From contig CAWBQK010000001.1 in the NCBI GenBank assembly GCA_963791045.1, forward strand, positions 32,001-96,000: a DNA stretch of 64,000 nt, written 5' to 3'. The notes beneath the pieces are model-generated. The model was not told the DNA's origin, made no database searches, and was given only the letters and a program-made list of their open reading frames with translations. Numbering within the stretch: position 1 is the stretch's first letter; every line of letters starts with the position of its first letter. The stretch is from Candidatus Latescibacterota bacterium (GTDB taxonomy: Bacteria; Krumholzibacteriota; Krumholzibacteriia; WVZY01). A program made the translations under genes and the position numbers. This document shows, one piece after another, positions 20,335 through 29,813 of the stretch.

Positions 20335-21436
20335 TTACTCCGGATCCAACCACGACATCCCCGCGATAAAACGCGACCGTCTGCCCAGGACAAATTGCGC
20401 GTTGCGGGTCGGAAAACTCGACTATCCCGGCGCCGCCATCAATCTCGATACGCGAGACCGGGGCCGAAGGGTGACGATACCTGATTTGCGCGGTAATCCC
20501 CGACGGATCGGCGACCGCCACGGGATCGATCCATTCGAGCGTGCAAACGAGACCGCGTTCGAGGAGGTCGTCGTTGTCGCCGATGATGAGCGTATTTCTC
20601 CCGCCGTCTATGCGTACGACATACTGTGGGATTCCGGTAGCAATCCCGAGATGACGTCTCTGGCCAATTGTATACGATGTAAGCCCCTTGTGCTCCCCCA
20701 CTCGCTCACCCCTGGTGTTCTCGATCGGGCCCGGCGTAAATTCGAGATTGTTCTTCTCCAGAAATGACTTGAGCGTTCCTTCAGGGACAAAACAAACTTC
20801 CTGACTCTCCGACTTGTCCGCGACCGACATATCGGCGTCCTGAGCGTAGTCCCTCACCGTCGCCTTATCATAGTCACCCAAAGGAAACACCACGCGCCCG
20901 AGCGTACCGCTGTCATGAACGCCCGAAAGGAAATATGACTGGTCCTTCGCACGATTGACGGCTCTTGCAAGATAAAGGCCGCCGCTGGCGCTCTCGAAGA
21001 CACGCGCGTAATGCCCCGTCGCGACGAAGTCCGCGCCGACCTTGTCCGCGTAGTCGAGAAGGGTGTCAAAACGGACAATCGTGTTGCAGCGGACACAGGG
21101 GTTTGGCGTTCTCGCGTTCTGATATTCCGACAAAAAGTTGCCGACTACCTCTTTGGAGAAGAAATCCTCCACATCGACAACACGGTGGGACATCCCGAGA
21201 CGTTCACATTCCCTGCGCGCATCATCGATCGCCTCAATCGAGCAGCAACTCCTGTCGGGAACCTCCGCGTCCCCGTAACAATAGTTCTTCATCGTCAGCC
21301 CGATGGCGCGAAACCCTTCGCGAACGAGCAGAAGAGCGGCCACGGCGCTATCCACGCCGCCGCTCATCGACACCAACACCGTGGCGCCGGGGTGTTTTTG
21401 CTTCAACCCTTCGATGTCAAGAAATCGCCCGTTCAC
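20312..21436 (-). CDS. mnmA: tRNA 2-thiouridine(34) synthase
   Basis: MSGGVDS PP-loop, RTPNPCVRCN, ATGHYAR, KDQSYFL, KSESQEVCF, YTIGQRR. Confidence 0.97.
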   Translation of the reverse strand: MNGRFLDIEGLKQKHPGATVLVSMSGGVDSAVAALLLVREGFRAIGLTMKNYCYGDAEVPDRSCCSIEAIDDARRECERLGMSHRVVDVEDFFSKEVVGNFLSEYQNARTPNPCVRCNTIVRFDTLLDYADKVGADFVATGHYARVFESASGGLYLARAVNRAKDQSYFLSGVHDSGTLGRVVFPLGDYDKATVRDYAQDADMSVADKSESQEVCFVPEGTLKSFLEKNNLEFTPGPIENTRGERVGEHKGLTSYTIGQRRHLGIATGIPQYVVRIDGGRNTLIIGDNDDLLERGLVCTLEWIDPVAVADPSGITAQIRYRHPSAPVSRIEIDGGAGIVEFSDPQRAICPGQTVAFYRGDVVVGSGVIDDVLSE

Positions 21437-21515
21437 CCTTTACCGTCCTAAAACAAAAGACCTCCTCCCGGAGTCGCCCCGCGGGAGAAGGTCTCCGATG
21501 GTCATCGTTATGCTC

Positions 21516-22670
21516 TTATTCAGCCTGTTCTCTTTTTGCCGCAGCGATTTTCTTGAGATCGCCCTGACGTGTGATTTGTTTCGTCGCGTAACTTCCCCAC
21601 TGCGGATCTCCGACGGCGTTCTCGAACTTTGAGATCGCCTCGTCGTAGCGCTGGAGTTTCTCGAGCGATTTGCCCCACGCACAGTACAACCCCGCCTTCT
21701 TGTCGGCGATTTCAAGCCCCTTCTTTGCGGTCTCAATCGCTTTGGTAGGATTGTTGGTCTGGTTGTACGACATCGCGAGATACTGGTACGCCTCGGAAAA
21801 ATCGGGCTTGAGTTCGATGGCCTTCGCAAACTCCGGAGCGGCCTTGTCGTACTGCTTATTCTGGAAATACGAGATCCCGAGGTTGAACCGATGCGCCGGG
21901 CTCTCCGGATCGGCTTTGACGAGATCCTCGAACACTGCCTCAGACTTTTCAAAATCCTTGTCTTCGATATAGAGCCGGCCCAGCTGGGTCTTGATCTTAA
22001 CGGACTCTTCGGGCGGGGCCACTGTGACGGCACGTTCGTAAAGTTCGAGCGATTTTTCCTTGTCTCCCTCATCCATGGCCATCTTGGCCAGGCTTCCAAG
22101 ACTCTGGTAATCATTCGGATCGATTTCTAAGGCTTTTTCATAATGAATCTTGGCGTTGACGGGATCGTTCATGCCCTTGTAAATCACGCCGAGGCGGACA
22201 TGCGCGTCGTGATTCCCCGGCTCGAGCGCCACAACTTTTTTGTAGGTTTCGACGGCCGGAGCGTACTGCTTGGAGAGCACCTGGTAATGACCGAGATTCG
22301 CGAGAAGGCGAAGATCTTCGGGGTATTTCTTGACCACAGTCTCGTACGCGGTCGCCGCCTTGTCGTATTGCTTGAGATTCGAATAGCATTTTCCGAGTTC
22401 ATGGAGCGCGTCGAACCGTGACGGATCCGTCGCGATGACTTTTTCGAACTCGGCCGCCGCTTTTTCATAATCACCGGCGGCTACAAACTGCTGCGCCGTC
22501 TGGAACATGAGATCGACCTCGGTGAGGTTCCGTTCGAATCCACGATCGTCGGTTGTTGTACTTATAACTTTTTTGTCATCTTGTGCATATGCACTTCCCT
22601 CGCCGTCAACCAACATCCCAGGTATCAGGAGCAGTCCCGACAAAACGACGATCAGTATCGATTTATTCAT
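21516..22670 (-). CDS. Secreted TPR-repeat protein
   Basis: Signal peptide followed by repeated 34-aa TPR patterns. Confidence 0.85.
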   Translation of the reverse strand: MNKSILIVVLSGLLLIPGMLVDGEGSAYAQDDKKVISTTTDDRGFERNLTEVDLMFQTAQQFVAAGDYEKAAAEFEKVIATDPSRFDALHELGKCYSNLKQYDKAATAYETVVKKYPEDLRLLANLGHYQVLSKQYAPAVETYKKVVALEPGNHDAHVRLGVIYKGMNDPVNAKIHYEKALEIDPNDYQSLGSLAKMAMDEGDKEKSLELYERAVTVAPPEESVKIKTQLGRLYIEDKDFEKSEAVFEDLVKADPESPAHRFNLGISYFQNKQYDKAAPEFAKAIELKPDFSEAYQYLAMSYNQTNNPTKAIETAKKGLEIADKKAGLYCAWGKSLEKLQRYDEAISKFENAVGDPQWGSYATKQITRQGDLKKIAAAKREQAE

Positions 22671-22779
22671 TTTTACCCTTCCTTACTCAGGGAGACAACA
22701 CTCAGCAAGCAACCCATTATAAATATGGGTGTTAGCCCCCACCTGTGTCAAGTAATGATCCCAAAGACTTTCCGCGAGC

Positions 22780-23442
22780 TCATTCGCCCATATCCATGTA
22801 AGTCTTTATGAGTTCAACGTTTTCGGCCGCAGTTCTACCCACTTCACTTTCCGGGCTCAGGGCCACGACCCTCTCCCATTCCCGGACCGCCTCGGCGAAC
22901 AACTTCGAATCGGCAAAGGCAAGCCCCAGGTTGTAATGCGCCTGGGCGCTTTCCGGGTCTATCCCCAGAGCGTCCTGGTAGAAGGACACGGCTTTTCCGA
23001 TTTCACCGCGGACGTGGTAATAGTGACCGAGATGACAGCGGGCGAGAACGTCATTTGGGTCGGCCTCGATCGCCTTCTCGAAGCTGCCCCGGGCCCGGTC
23101 AAATCGGTTGATCCTGTCATAGGCGATTCCGCAATTGACGTAGGCCTTTGCATACGTCGAATCCAGCGAAATCGCCTCCTCGTAATAAGCAATCGCGCTG
23201 TCGGGCTGATCGAGACCGAGGTACGCGTTGCCGAGATAGAAACTCAACACGGCATCCTCCGCGCCGTCATCCATCAACCCACGAAGATAAGATACTTTTT
23301 CCTCTCCCGACAACCCATCGAGCTCTTTCTTGACCTCGTCGATATCGACCGCATGCGCGACAGGCAGGAACATAACAGAGAAAAGAATTGCCGCGATGCC
23401 ATACAGCATGAATGGTTGTATTCGAAGTGAAACGTTTTTCAT
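22780..23442 (-). CDS. TPR-repeat protein
   Basis: Hydrophobic N-terminus; YLGNAY..AIAYYEEAI, AYVNCGIAY, AHYNLGLAF TPR motifs. Confidence 0.8.
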   Translation of the reverse strand: MKNVSLRIQPFMLYGIAAILFSVMFLPVAHAVDIDEVKKELDGLSGEEKVSYLRGLMDDGAEDAVLSFYLGNAYLGLDQPDSAIAYYEEAISLDSTYAKAYVNCGIAYDRINRFDRARGSFEKAIEADPNDVLARCHLGHYYHVRGEIGKAVSFYQDALGIDPESAQAHYNLGLAFADSKLFAEAVREWERVVALSPESEVGRTAAENVELIKTYMDMGE

Positions 23443-23504
23443 TGTGTCATTCGGTGTATCGCCCGGCGCTTCCGCGGCGCCGGAACCAAAACCGTCCCTC
23501 GGGC

Positions 23505-24740
23505 CTAGTAGTTTCGGCCGCCCTTCCTCTTCCATAGCTCGCTTCCGCAGATCCCGACATACACTCGGATGAGCCGATCTTCTATTCCGTTGTTTTTCAA
23601 CGAACCGGCCTGCCCAAACTGGAGCGCGAGATCGATTTTGCCCATCCCATTCTTGATCGAGAAACCGGTTCCCAGCGAGACGAGAAATTTTTTCAAGGGC
23701 TCGCCCTGGGGGTAATCAAAAGGAAGTGTCTGATAATTGAAACCCAACCGCAGGGGCATCCGCTTTCCTTTCAACGAAATCCCGGGGAGATACTCGAGAC
23801 CAAGCGCGTAGCTCTTCTCTTCGGCTAACCGATCGACGGGAAACGACAACCCCTCGAATTTCTTGAAATCACTGTAGGTGTAACTTGCAAGGAGAAGAAA
23901 TCTATTGGCAACGCGCCATGATATCCCGGCATTCACGCGCGAAGGCAATTTAACCGTACGCGTGTAGGACGTGTCGACGGTGGCGAGATCGCGGAATTGT
24001 TCGCGAACATCGGAATCATAGTCGATGCCGCTTTCCCACATCCCTCCGATCGTCAGGCCATCAAGGGGAAAGAGAACCAAACCGGCGGCGTAACCGGTGC
24101 CGCTCATGGATACTTTTCTTAACGCGCCCGACGGCTCGTACAAAGGATCCTCAAATACCACGTCCCATCTTTCCTCCACAGAACCGTCCTCGAGCGAGAA
24201 CGTCAGCCCGACGGATGCGAAACGCGTGACGTCGAATGACGCCGTCAATGGAATCGAAAACAACCCACCGGACCTTGTGTACGTGGTCGTGTATACGTCG
24301 TCGCTTTCGGTTGCATCATCGACAACAAATCCGCCCTCTGGATCGAACCTGCCCATATATCCGATCGAAAACCGGAACAGATTGTAAACGGGGAATACAA
24401 TCCGCAATCCTGTAAAAGCGACCGAAATGTCCCGCTCGCGGTAGTCGTCCGAACGGCCCTGGTCGATCCCGACAAACTGCGATGCGCCGATCGTCACCCG
24501 CGGCAGTTTGGAGAGAAGCGCCGGGTTCGCGCTGACGGCGGCGAGTGAATCCACCAGGATCTGCTGCGATCCCCCAAGCGATACGGCACGGACATCCCCA
24601 GCGTCGAGCCGCTCGCCAACAAGAATCATGCTGTAGGTCGACACCGCCCTCACACCTACGGGCACAAGAAGCCCAAGAACGATCAGGATGGTCATGAGAT
24701 AATTGCGATTCGGCATCTTGCTAACTACCTTACTTGCCAA
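23505..24740 (-). CDS. Outer-membrane beta-barrel of the FadL/PorV-like class
   Basis: Signal peptide; STYS..VG..RAVSLGG...ANPALL hatch motif; alternating beta-strands. Confidence 0.7.
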   Translation of the reverse strand: MASKVVSKMPNRNYLMTILIVLGLLVPVGVRAVSTYSMILVGERLDAGDVRAVSLGGSQQILVDSLAAVSANPALLSKLPRVTIGASQFVGIDQGRSDDYRERDISVAFTGLRIVFPVYNLFRFSIGYMGRFDPEGGFVVDDATESDDVYTTTYTRSGGLFSIPLTASFDVTRFASVGLTFSLEDGSVEERWDVVFEDPLYEPSGALRKVSMSGTGYAAGLVLFPLDGLTIGGMWESGIDYDSDVREQFRDLATVDTSYTRTVKLPSRVNAGISWRVANRFLLLASYTYSDFKKFEGLSFPVDRLAEEKSYALGLEYLPGISLKGKRMPLRLGFNYQTLPFDYPQGEPLKKFLVSLGTGFSIKNGMGKIDLALQFGQAGSLKNNGIEDRLIRVYVGICGSELWKRKGGRNY

Positions 24741-25905
24741 ATTCAGCGGGGGCGGACAACGTGAAACGGTAAGTCGGTTTCAAACTGTCGGCCGCACTGC
24801 TCGTATAAAATTCCATTCTTCGCATCGCAGTCCCCTCGTTCGTGAACTGGAGCACAAACCCCGCGTCGTCCCGGCCCTGCGACAACATCAACTGAAGCGC
24901 ATTTCGAATCGAAAACTTGAGTTTCTCAAAATCCGCGGGGACCACAACCGCCGTCACCAAAGTGCCCGACAGGATCCCGGGATCGGCAAAATCAACCGAC
25001 TCGGGAATATAGAGCGTGAGGGAAAAGTCCGTTCCCACTCGCGAATCGGGAACGATAAAGATTTCCAGAGTCGCTTCATGGACAAATGTTTCCGGGTCCA
25101 CGATCGACAGGTCCACCGGGATGAACACACGCTGCGCGGTCCCATCCGACAAGAGCAAATTGGTCGTGGTTCCGTGATCCTGCACGAATGTCCCGTCGGC
25201 GAGCATCTGGTACGTGGATTGTTTTCCATTTGTGAACACGACCTGGAGAAGCGGTTTGTTCTGGAGCGGGTCGTCGGACGGACTCGGATAAAGCCGCGAG
25301 CCGTATTCGATCATCCTCTCGACCGTGGGATCGTTGAGAACGACCGCGAATCCATTATTGGGCCTGTCTCCGCGAATCCATTCCTGAACAACCTGAGGGT
25401 CGAGGTTGTAGGACCTCGGAATGTTCGTCATGATTCGATCGGTGTTGACCTGCGTGTCATCGGGTATCGGGTCCCCCAACGGCAGATCGAATAGCGTGTC
25501 GCTCTCCGAATACGGCTCTTCGAGTTCGTTGAACACAGCGCCGAACTCAGGCACGCCGGATGTATCGATCGCGCTGATCAGCGTGAGCAGAATCCACGCC
25601 TCGTCGACGACTAGAAGCGTATCTTCACCCGCCGTTGAAAAGTTCGGACGAACGATCATCCACGATTCAAAATCGTCCCGGCGTCCAAGCCACATCCGAT
25701 CGTTGTACGCCATAAGAGAGTTGACGGGGAACACCGCGTCCCCGGACACCACCGGGAATGTATCCTGGAACACTTCGCCGGGCTGGCTCTGGATGAGCCC
25801 ATCATCGACGAAGTCGGACCCCAAAGGGGTTTCCGGGTCCGACGTGCATCCCGCGGCAAGCGCGAGAATCAGGTAAAGGGCCGCGACGGCGGCGAGTCTA
25901 TTCAT
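24730..25905 (-). CDS. Lipoprotein (DUF4270-like)
   Basis: Lipobox LAAG-C followed by TSDPETPLGSDFV; acidic beta-rich body. Confidence 0.65.
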   Translation of the reverse strand: MNRLAAVAALYLILALAAGCTSDPETPLGSDFVDDGLIQSQPGEVFQDTFPVVSGDAVFPVNSLMAYNDRMWLGRRDDFESWMIVRPNFSTAGEDTLLVVDEAWILLTLISAIDTSGVPEFGAVFNELEEPYSESDTLFDLPLGDPIPDDTQVNTDRIMTNIPRSYNLDPQVVQEWIRGDRPNNGFAVVLNDPTVERMIEYGSRLYPSPSDDPLQNKPLLQVVFTNGKQSTYQMLADGTFVQDHGTTTNLLLSDGTAQRVFIPVDLSIVDPETFVHEATLEIFIVPDSRVGTDFSLTLYIPESVDFADPGILSGTLVTAVVVPADFEKLKFSIRNALQLMLSQGRDDAGFVLQFTNEGTAMRRMEFYTSSAADSLKPTYRFTLSAPAEFGK

Positions 25906-25976
25906 ACTGATTTCCTTGATCGTAATTGCAAATTACTATCACAAAATATCTTATAACGTCAAGGCGATTAGCCCGA

Positions 25977-26378
25977 CTATTGGACGGGTTTGGTCGACAC
26001 CACCAGTCGCTTCGCACCAGCCCCTTTGACGATATCCATCACCTCGACCACCGTGCCGTGCGACACGCGCGAGTCCGCCTTGAGGACAATGGATTTCTCT
26101 TCGCTCTCGTCGAGCTTTCCCTTTAGCAGCGCGGGGAGAAGAGACATATCAACGGGTTCGTCATTGAGGTACACCGCTCCGTTAGGATCGATATACACGA
26201 CGATTGGATTCTGGCGCACCACATCCGAGTGCGCGGCTTTGGGCAGTTCGAGCTTTATGGCAGGGGTCGCAAGAAAAGAGGTCGATATCATAAAGAATAT
26301 CAACAACAGGAACAAAACATCGATAAGCGATGTAACGTTCAATATGACGGATCGTTTTTTTTGCGGTCTAAGTTGCAT
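25977..26378 (-). CDS. exbD: Biopolymer transporter ExbD/TolR
   Basis: LNVTSLIDVLFLLLIFFMI, LKAD..HGTVVEVMD. Confidence 0.93.
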   Translation of the reverse strand: MQLRPQKKRSVILNVTSLIDVLFLLLIFFMISTSFLATPAIKLELPKAAHSDVVRQNPIVVYIDPNGAVYLNDEPVDMSLLPALLKGKLDESEEKSIVLKADSRVSHGTVVEVMDIVKGAGAKRLVVSTKPVQ

Positions 26379-27015
26379 CGGAAAAATCTCTCACATTCGT
26401 CGACGACTGCTGATCCATCGCGGCGAGATTCTTTAACAAAATATGGGCGTACGTTTCTATCTTTATAACGAAGTTGTCCACGCGCGAATCAAAAAAGTTG
26501 TAAGCGATCAGCGCGGGAATACCAACAGACAGCCCAAACGCCGTCGTAATGAGCGCCTGGGCGATACCGCCCGACAGGAGCCCCGCCTGGCCGACGCCGG
26601 AGATGCTGATGACAGAGAATACATTGATCATACCAAACACGGTTCCCAGCAGCCCAAGAAGCGGGCTGGCCGCGGCGACCGTTTCGAGAACTACCAGATA
26701 TCGGGAAAGGCGTTTGACCTCACGACGCCCCGTGTCTTCCATCGCCTGGCGAATAACGGCCAGCGGCGAGGCGGATTCTTCGAGCCCCGCGCGAACCACG
26801 TTGGCAAACGGCGTGTTGTAGCGCTCGCAAATCTTGATCGCCATCGGTATATCCGCGGCGGAACGAACCGATTCGATACAGTTGATGATTTCGCGCTGCA
26901 AAACCCTCTGTGTCGTTAGACTCAAGATCTTCTCGATCACGACACCAAGACCCAACACTGACAACAAAGTCAGCGGGATCATCACCGGTCCCCCCTTAAC
27001 GAGGATCGCCCACAT
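26368..27015 (-). CDS. exbB: MotA/TolQ/ExbB proton channel
   Basis: SPLLGLLGTVFGMI...GGIAQALITTAFGLSVGIPA. Confidence 0.93.
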   Translation of the reverse strand: MWAILVKGGPVMIPLTLLSVLGLGVVIEKILSLTTQRVLQREIINCIESVRSAADIPMAIKICERYNTPFANVVRAGLEESASPLAVIRQAMEDTGRREVKRLSRYLVVLETVAAASPLLGLLGTVFGMINVFSVISISGVGQAGLLSGGIAQALITTAFGLSVGIPALIAYNFFDSRVDNFVIKIETYAHILLKNLAAMDQQSSTNVRDFSDAT

Positions 27016-27020
27016 CTAGC

Positions 27021-27884
27021 CTACTCCTTTCCGAAAAACTCTCTTTCATCGCCCGGCAATAGATAATAAAAACCGAACGTAACATCCAGGTATTCCTCGG
27101 GGAAGTCATCGGGCAACGGCCGGAACGGAGCCGCGCCTTTTATCGCGTTGCTGCTCGAACGATGGAGAGAGTCGTGGCCCAGGGATTCAACGACGTCGAG
27201 GCCGACCATTTTCCCATCCGGATAAATCCTAAAGCTGATCTTCGTATAACCGTGAATCGCCCCCAGGGCCGTAAACGCCAGAGGAGGAATCCAATGGCGC
27301 TTGATTCTTCGTTTCAAGTCTAGCAAATACGGCGCAAAATCCCAAGCCGTGGTATTTATCGAAATTCCGCCGACGGACGCCCTCGCCGAATCCTCGTGCT
27401 TGAATTCCGGGTTTTGCTGGGGCAGGCTCGGCGCCCTGCTCGGAGACTGCTGATCGAGGAACTTGGAACGCTTGAACGCTTCCCCGAGGTCGGTCATCTC
27501 TTCCGGCAGGGGCGGGAGTTCGCTCTCTCCTCCGCCTTCCTCTCCCGGTTGCGGGGACGGTGTATCCGGAATCGGCACCACTCCCCCGCTTCTTGGAAGC
27601 GCCGAATCATCATTGCGATCATCGTTGTCGCTGGCCGCCGATGATACCGTCGACAGGTATTTGCTCGCCCTTTCTGTCGGAGTCGGCGTATTTGGCGGCG
27701 AGACCAGTTCAAACTCTATTGGTTCCACCACGATAGGCGGTTCCTCGAATTCCAGGAAATCCGACGGAAACATGTCCTTGATCCCCGGAATGAGCGCGAC
27801 GGCGTGTATCATAATCGACACCACCACGGCCCAAAAGATCGTCGGGTCTCTGTGATGCAACGCGGCCGGTGATAGTACGCTCAT
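27021..27884 (-). CDS. TonB/TolA-like energy transducer
   Basis: N-terminal TM with SxxxH, Pro-rich linker, C-terminal LKRRIKRHW...SSNAIKGAAPFRPLP. Confidence 0.85.
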   Translation of the reverse strand: MSVLSPAALHHRDPTIFWAVVVSIMIHAVALIPGIKDMFPSDFLEFEEPPIVVEPIEFELVSPPNTPTPTERASKYLSTVSSAASDNDDRNDDSALPRSGGVVPIPDTPSPQPGEEGGGESELPPLPEEMTDLGEAFKRSKFLDQQSPSRAPSLPQQNPEFKHEDSARASVGGISINTTAWDFAPYLLDLKRRIKRHWIPPLAFTALGAIHGYTKISFRIYPDGKMVGLDVVESLGHDSLHRSSSNAIKGAAPFRPLPDDFPEEYLDVTFGFYYLLPGDEREFFGKE

Positions 27885-27893
27885 ACGGCAACC

Positions 27894-28727
27894 CTACCCG
27901 TCGACACGTTCCAGTCGGCACACCACGGTACCGGTAAACAGCTCACGGAGCAGCGGAACACGTGTCGTGAAATCAAGAACCCGGAATTTCGCCGGTTTGA
28001 GTTCCTCGAACGACATTCTGAATTCGGGGACCTCTTTGACGATTCTTCTATAACGGCGAATACTCATGTGATTGAGATCGTTGTCATACGAAAACATGAT
28101 CGCGTCGAGTTTTTTCTCAATCGCATCATCGGTCATGTCGCCGTTCCGTGATTTCAATATCTCACGAATCGCCCGCTTCAGCGATTCGCGGCTGAAAAGC
28201 AGATGACACCACGGGGTGTACACGTAATCGTAAAGATGCGACCCGAGCGGCGAGAAATGTGGGGTAAAAAAGAACCAGACAGCGCCACCGGGTTTTGTAA
28301 CACGGGCCATTTCTCTGACGGCACCCTCGGGATTCGCGAAGTGCTCCATCGCGTCGTTGGCCACGACGGTGTCGAACATTCCTGAAGGAACCGGGAGCGC
28401 GGATGCGTCACCGGCAAAAAATCCCCAGCGAAAAGACCTCCCTTCGCGTGACGCGAATTCTTCGCTGGCCAGCATATGATCGAGCGATATGTCCGTGCCA
28501 TAAACCTCCGCCGCACCCGCCTCGCCATACGCCACGGTCTTGCCTCCAAGCCCGCACCCGATGTCTAATATTCTTTTACCGCCGACGTCCGCTCTTGGTT
28601 CCAGATACTCCCGGATGAGCTCGCGCCCCCAGTGATATTCCCACTCCGAATACGCCTCGGCGGACTCACGTCCGCCCACACCCGGCCTCCGGAACACCTT
28701 GTTTAATAATATAATTAGCTTGTTCAC
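27894..28727 (-). CDS. Class I SAM-dependent methyltransferase
   Basis: ILDIGCGLG, GDASALP..FDTVVANDAMEH, RVTKPGG. Confidence 0.9.
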   Translation of the reverse strand: MNKLIILLNKVFRRPGVGGRESAEAYSEWEYHWGRELIREYLEPRADVGGKRILDIGCGLGGKTVAYGEAGAAEVYGTDISLDHMLASEEFASREGRSFRWGFFAGDASALPVPSGMFDTVVANDAMEHFANPEGAVREMARVTKPGGAVWFFFTPHFSPLGSHLYDYVYTPWCHLLFSRESLKRAIREILKSRNGDMTDDAIEKKLDAIMFSYDNDLNHMSIRRYRRIVKEVPEFRMSFEELKPAKFRVLDFTTRVPLLRELFTGTVVCRLERVDG

Positions 28728-28900
28728 GCAGATTGAGAAAGCAAAAATCCCCCGCTTGACGCAATCTCCACGTTCAAACCAAAGGACTTGCGAAAAATCA
28801 GAAACTTGTTAAAATAATAGAGATTCGTCTGCCAAAGTTATCAGAACCAGACCGGATAACCAATTAAAAATAATACGATTTAGCCCTGGAGTCATCCAAA

Positions 28901-29149
28901 ATGCCAACATACGAGTACGAATGCACTAAGTGCGGAATCTCATTTGAGTTACAGCAAAAAATGACCGACAAACCCCGTGAGCGCTGCCCCAAATGCCGCG
29001 GGAAAGTCATCCGCTTGATCTCGGGCGGCGGAGGCGTCATCCTCAAGGGGAATGGTTTTTATGCAACTGATTATCGTAGTGACGCCTACAAAAAAGCCGC
29101 CAAATCGGATAAGGCCGCGGGCGCTGAGAAGAAAACCGCAAACTCGTAG
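28901..29149 (+). CDS. FmdB family zinc-ribbon protein
   Basis: MPTYEYECTKCG...CPKCRG...LKGNGFYATDY. Confidence 0.92.
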   Translation: MPTYEYECTKCGISFELQQKMTDKPRERCPKCRGKVIRLISGGGGVILKGNGFYATDYRSDAYKKAAKSDKAAGAEKKTANS

Positions 29150-29180
29150 CGATCACCGACGGCAAGATACGCGGTGGAAC

Positions 29181-29672
29181 TTAGTCGTGTGGTTGTGAGA
29201 GGAGCTTTCTCAACCCGTTGACAAGGGCGTCACGTTCGGCGTTGTCGAGCACGCCCACAACGCGGTTGGCTTCTTCGACCCGCACCTTGATTCCCTTGTT
29301 GACAATATCCAAACCTGCAGGCGTCAATTCGATCAGGATTGCGCGGCGGTCTTCCGGATCGGGTCGTCGCTCAACCAAACCCGACATCTCCAGCCTGTCA
29401 AGCCTGTTAGTCATTGCCCCGGACGACAGGACCACCGACCGGCTGATTTCACTCGGATTCATCCGGTAAGGATGCCCCTGTCGGCGAAGCGCGGCGAGCA
29501 CTTCGAATGCCCACAAATCCACACCCAATCGACCAAGCTCTTTTCTCGCCTTACTTCTTAACATTTTTGATAACAATAGGATACGACCGATAATCTCGAG
29601 GCCGGCTGTATCCAGGTCGGGCCGTTGGGCCTGCCACTGCGCATGAATCTCGTCAAATGGATCTGTTCCCAT
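29181..29672 (-). CDS. MarR family regulator, PecS/HucR/TamR-like subgroup
   Basis: N-terminal AQWQAQRPDLD helix, FEVLAALRRQG, SGAMTNRLDRLE, DPEDRRA wing. Confidence 0.9.
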   Translation of the reverse strand: MGTDPFDEIHAQWQAQRPDLDTAGLEIIGRILLLSKMLRSKARKELGRLGVDLWAFEVLAALRRQGHPYRMNPSEISRSVVLSSGAMTNRLDRLEMSGLVERRPDPEDRRAILIELTPAGLDIVNKGIKVRVEEANRVVGVLDNAERDALVNGLRKLLSQPHD

Positions 29673-29691
29673 GCCTTCATAATATCAAACG

Positions 29692-29710
29692 ATACCTTGA
29701 TGTCAAGTAT
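29692..29710. promoter_or_regulatory. Putative MarR operator palindrome
   Basis: ATAC-CTTGA-TG-TCAAG-TAT in the AT-rich divergent intergenic region, ~20 nt upstream of the marR start. Confidence 0.6.
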
Positions 29711-29813
29711 TCTCACATAGATATTATGATTGACATGTTTCTTTATGTAATACATCTTTATATAAAACTTTATTCAGTCTCCCGTTGGCCCGGATTTTTG
29801 ACCAGGATGAACC

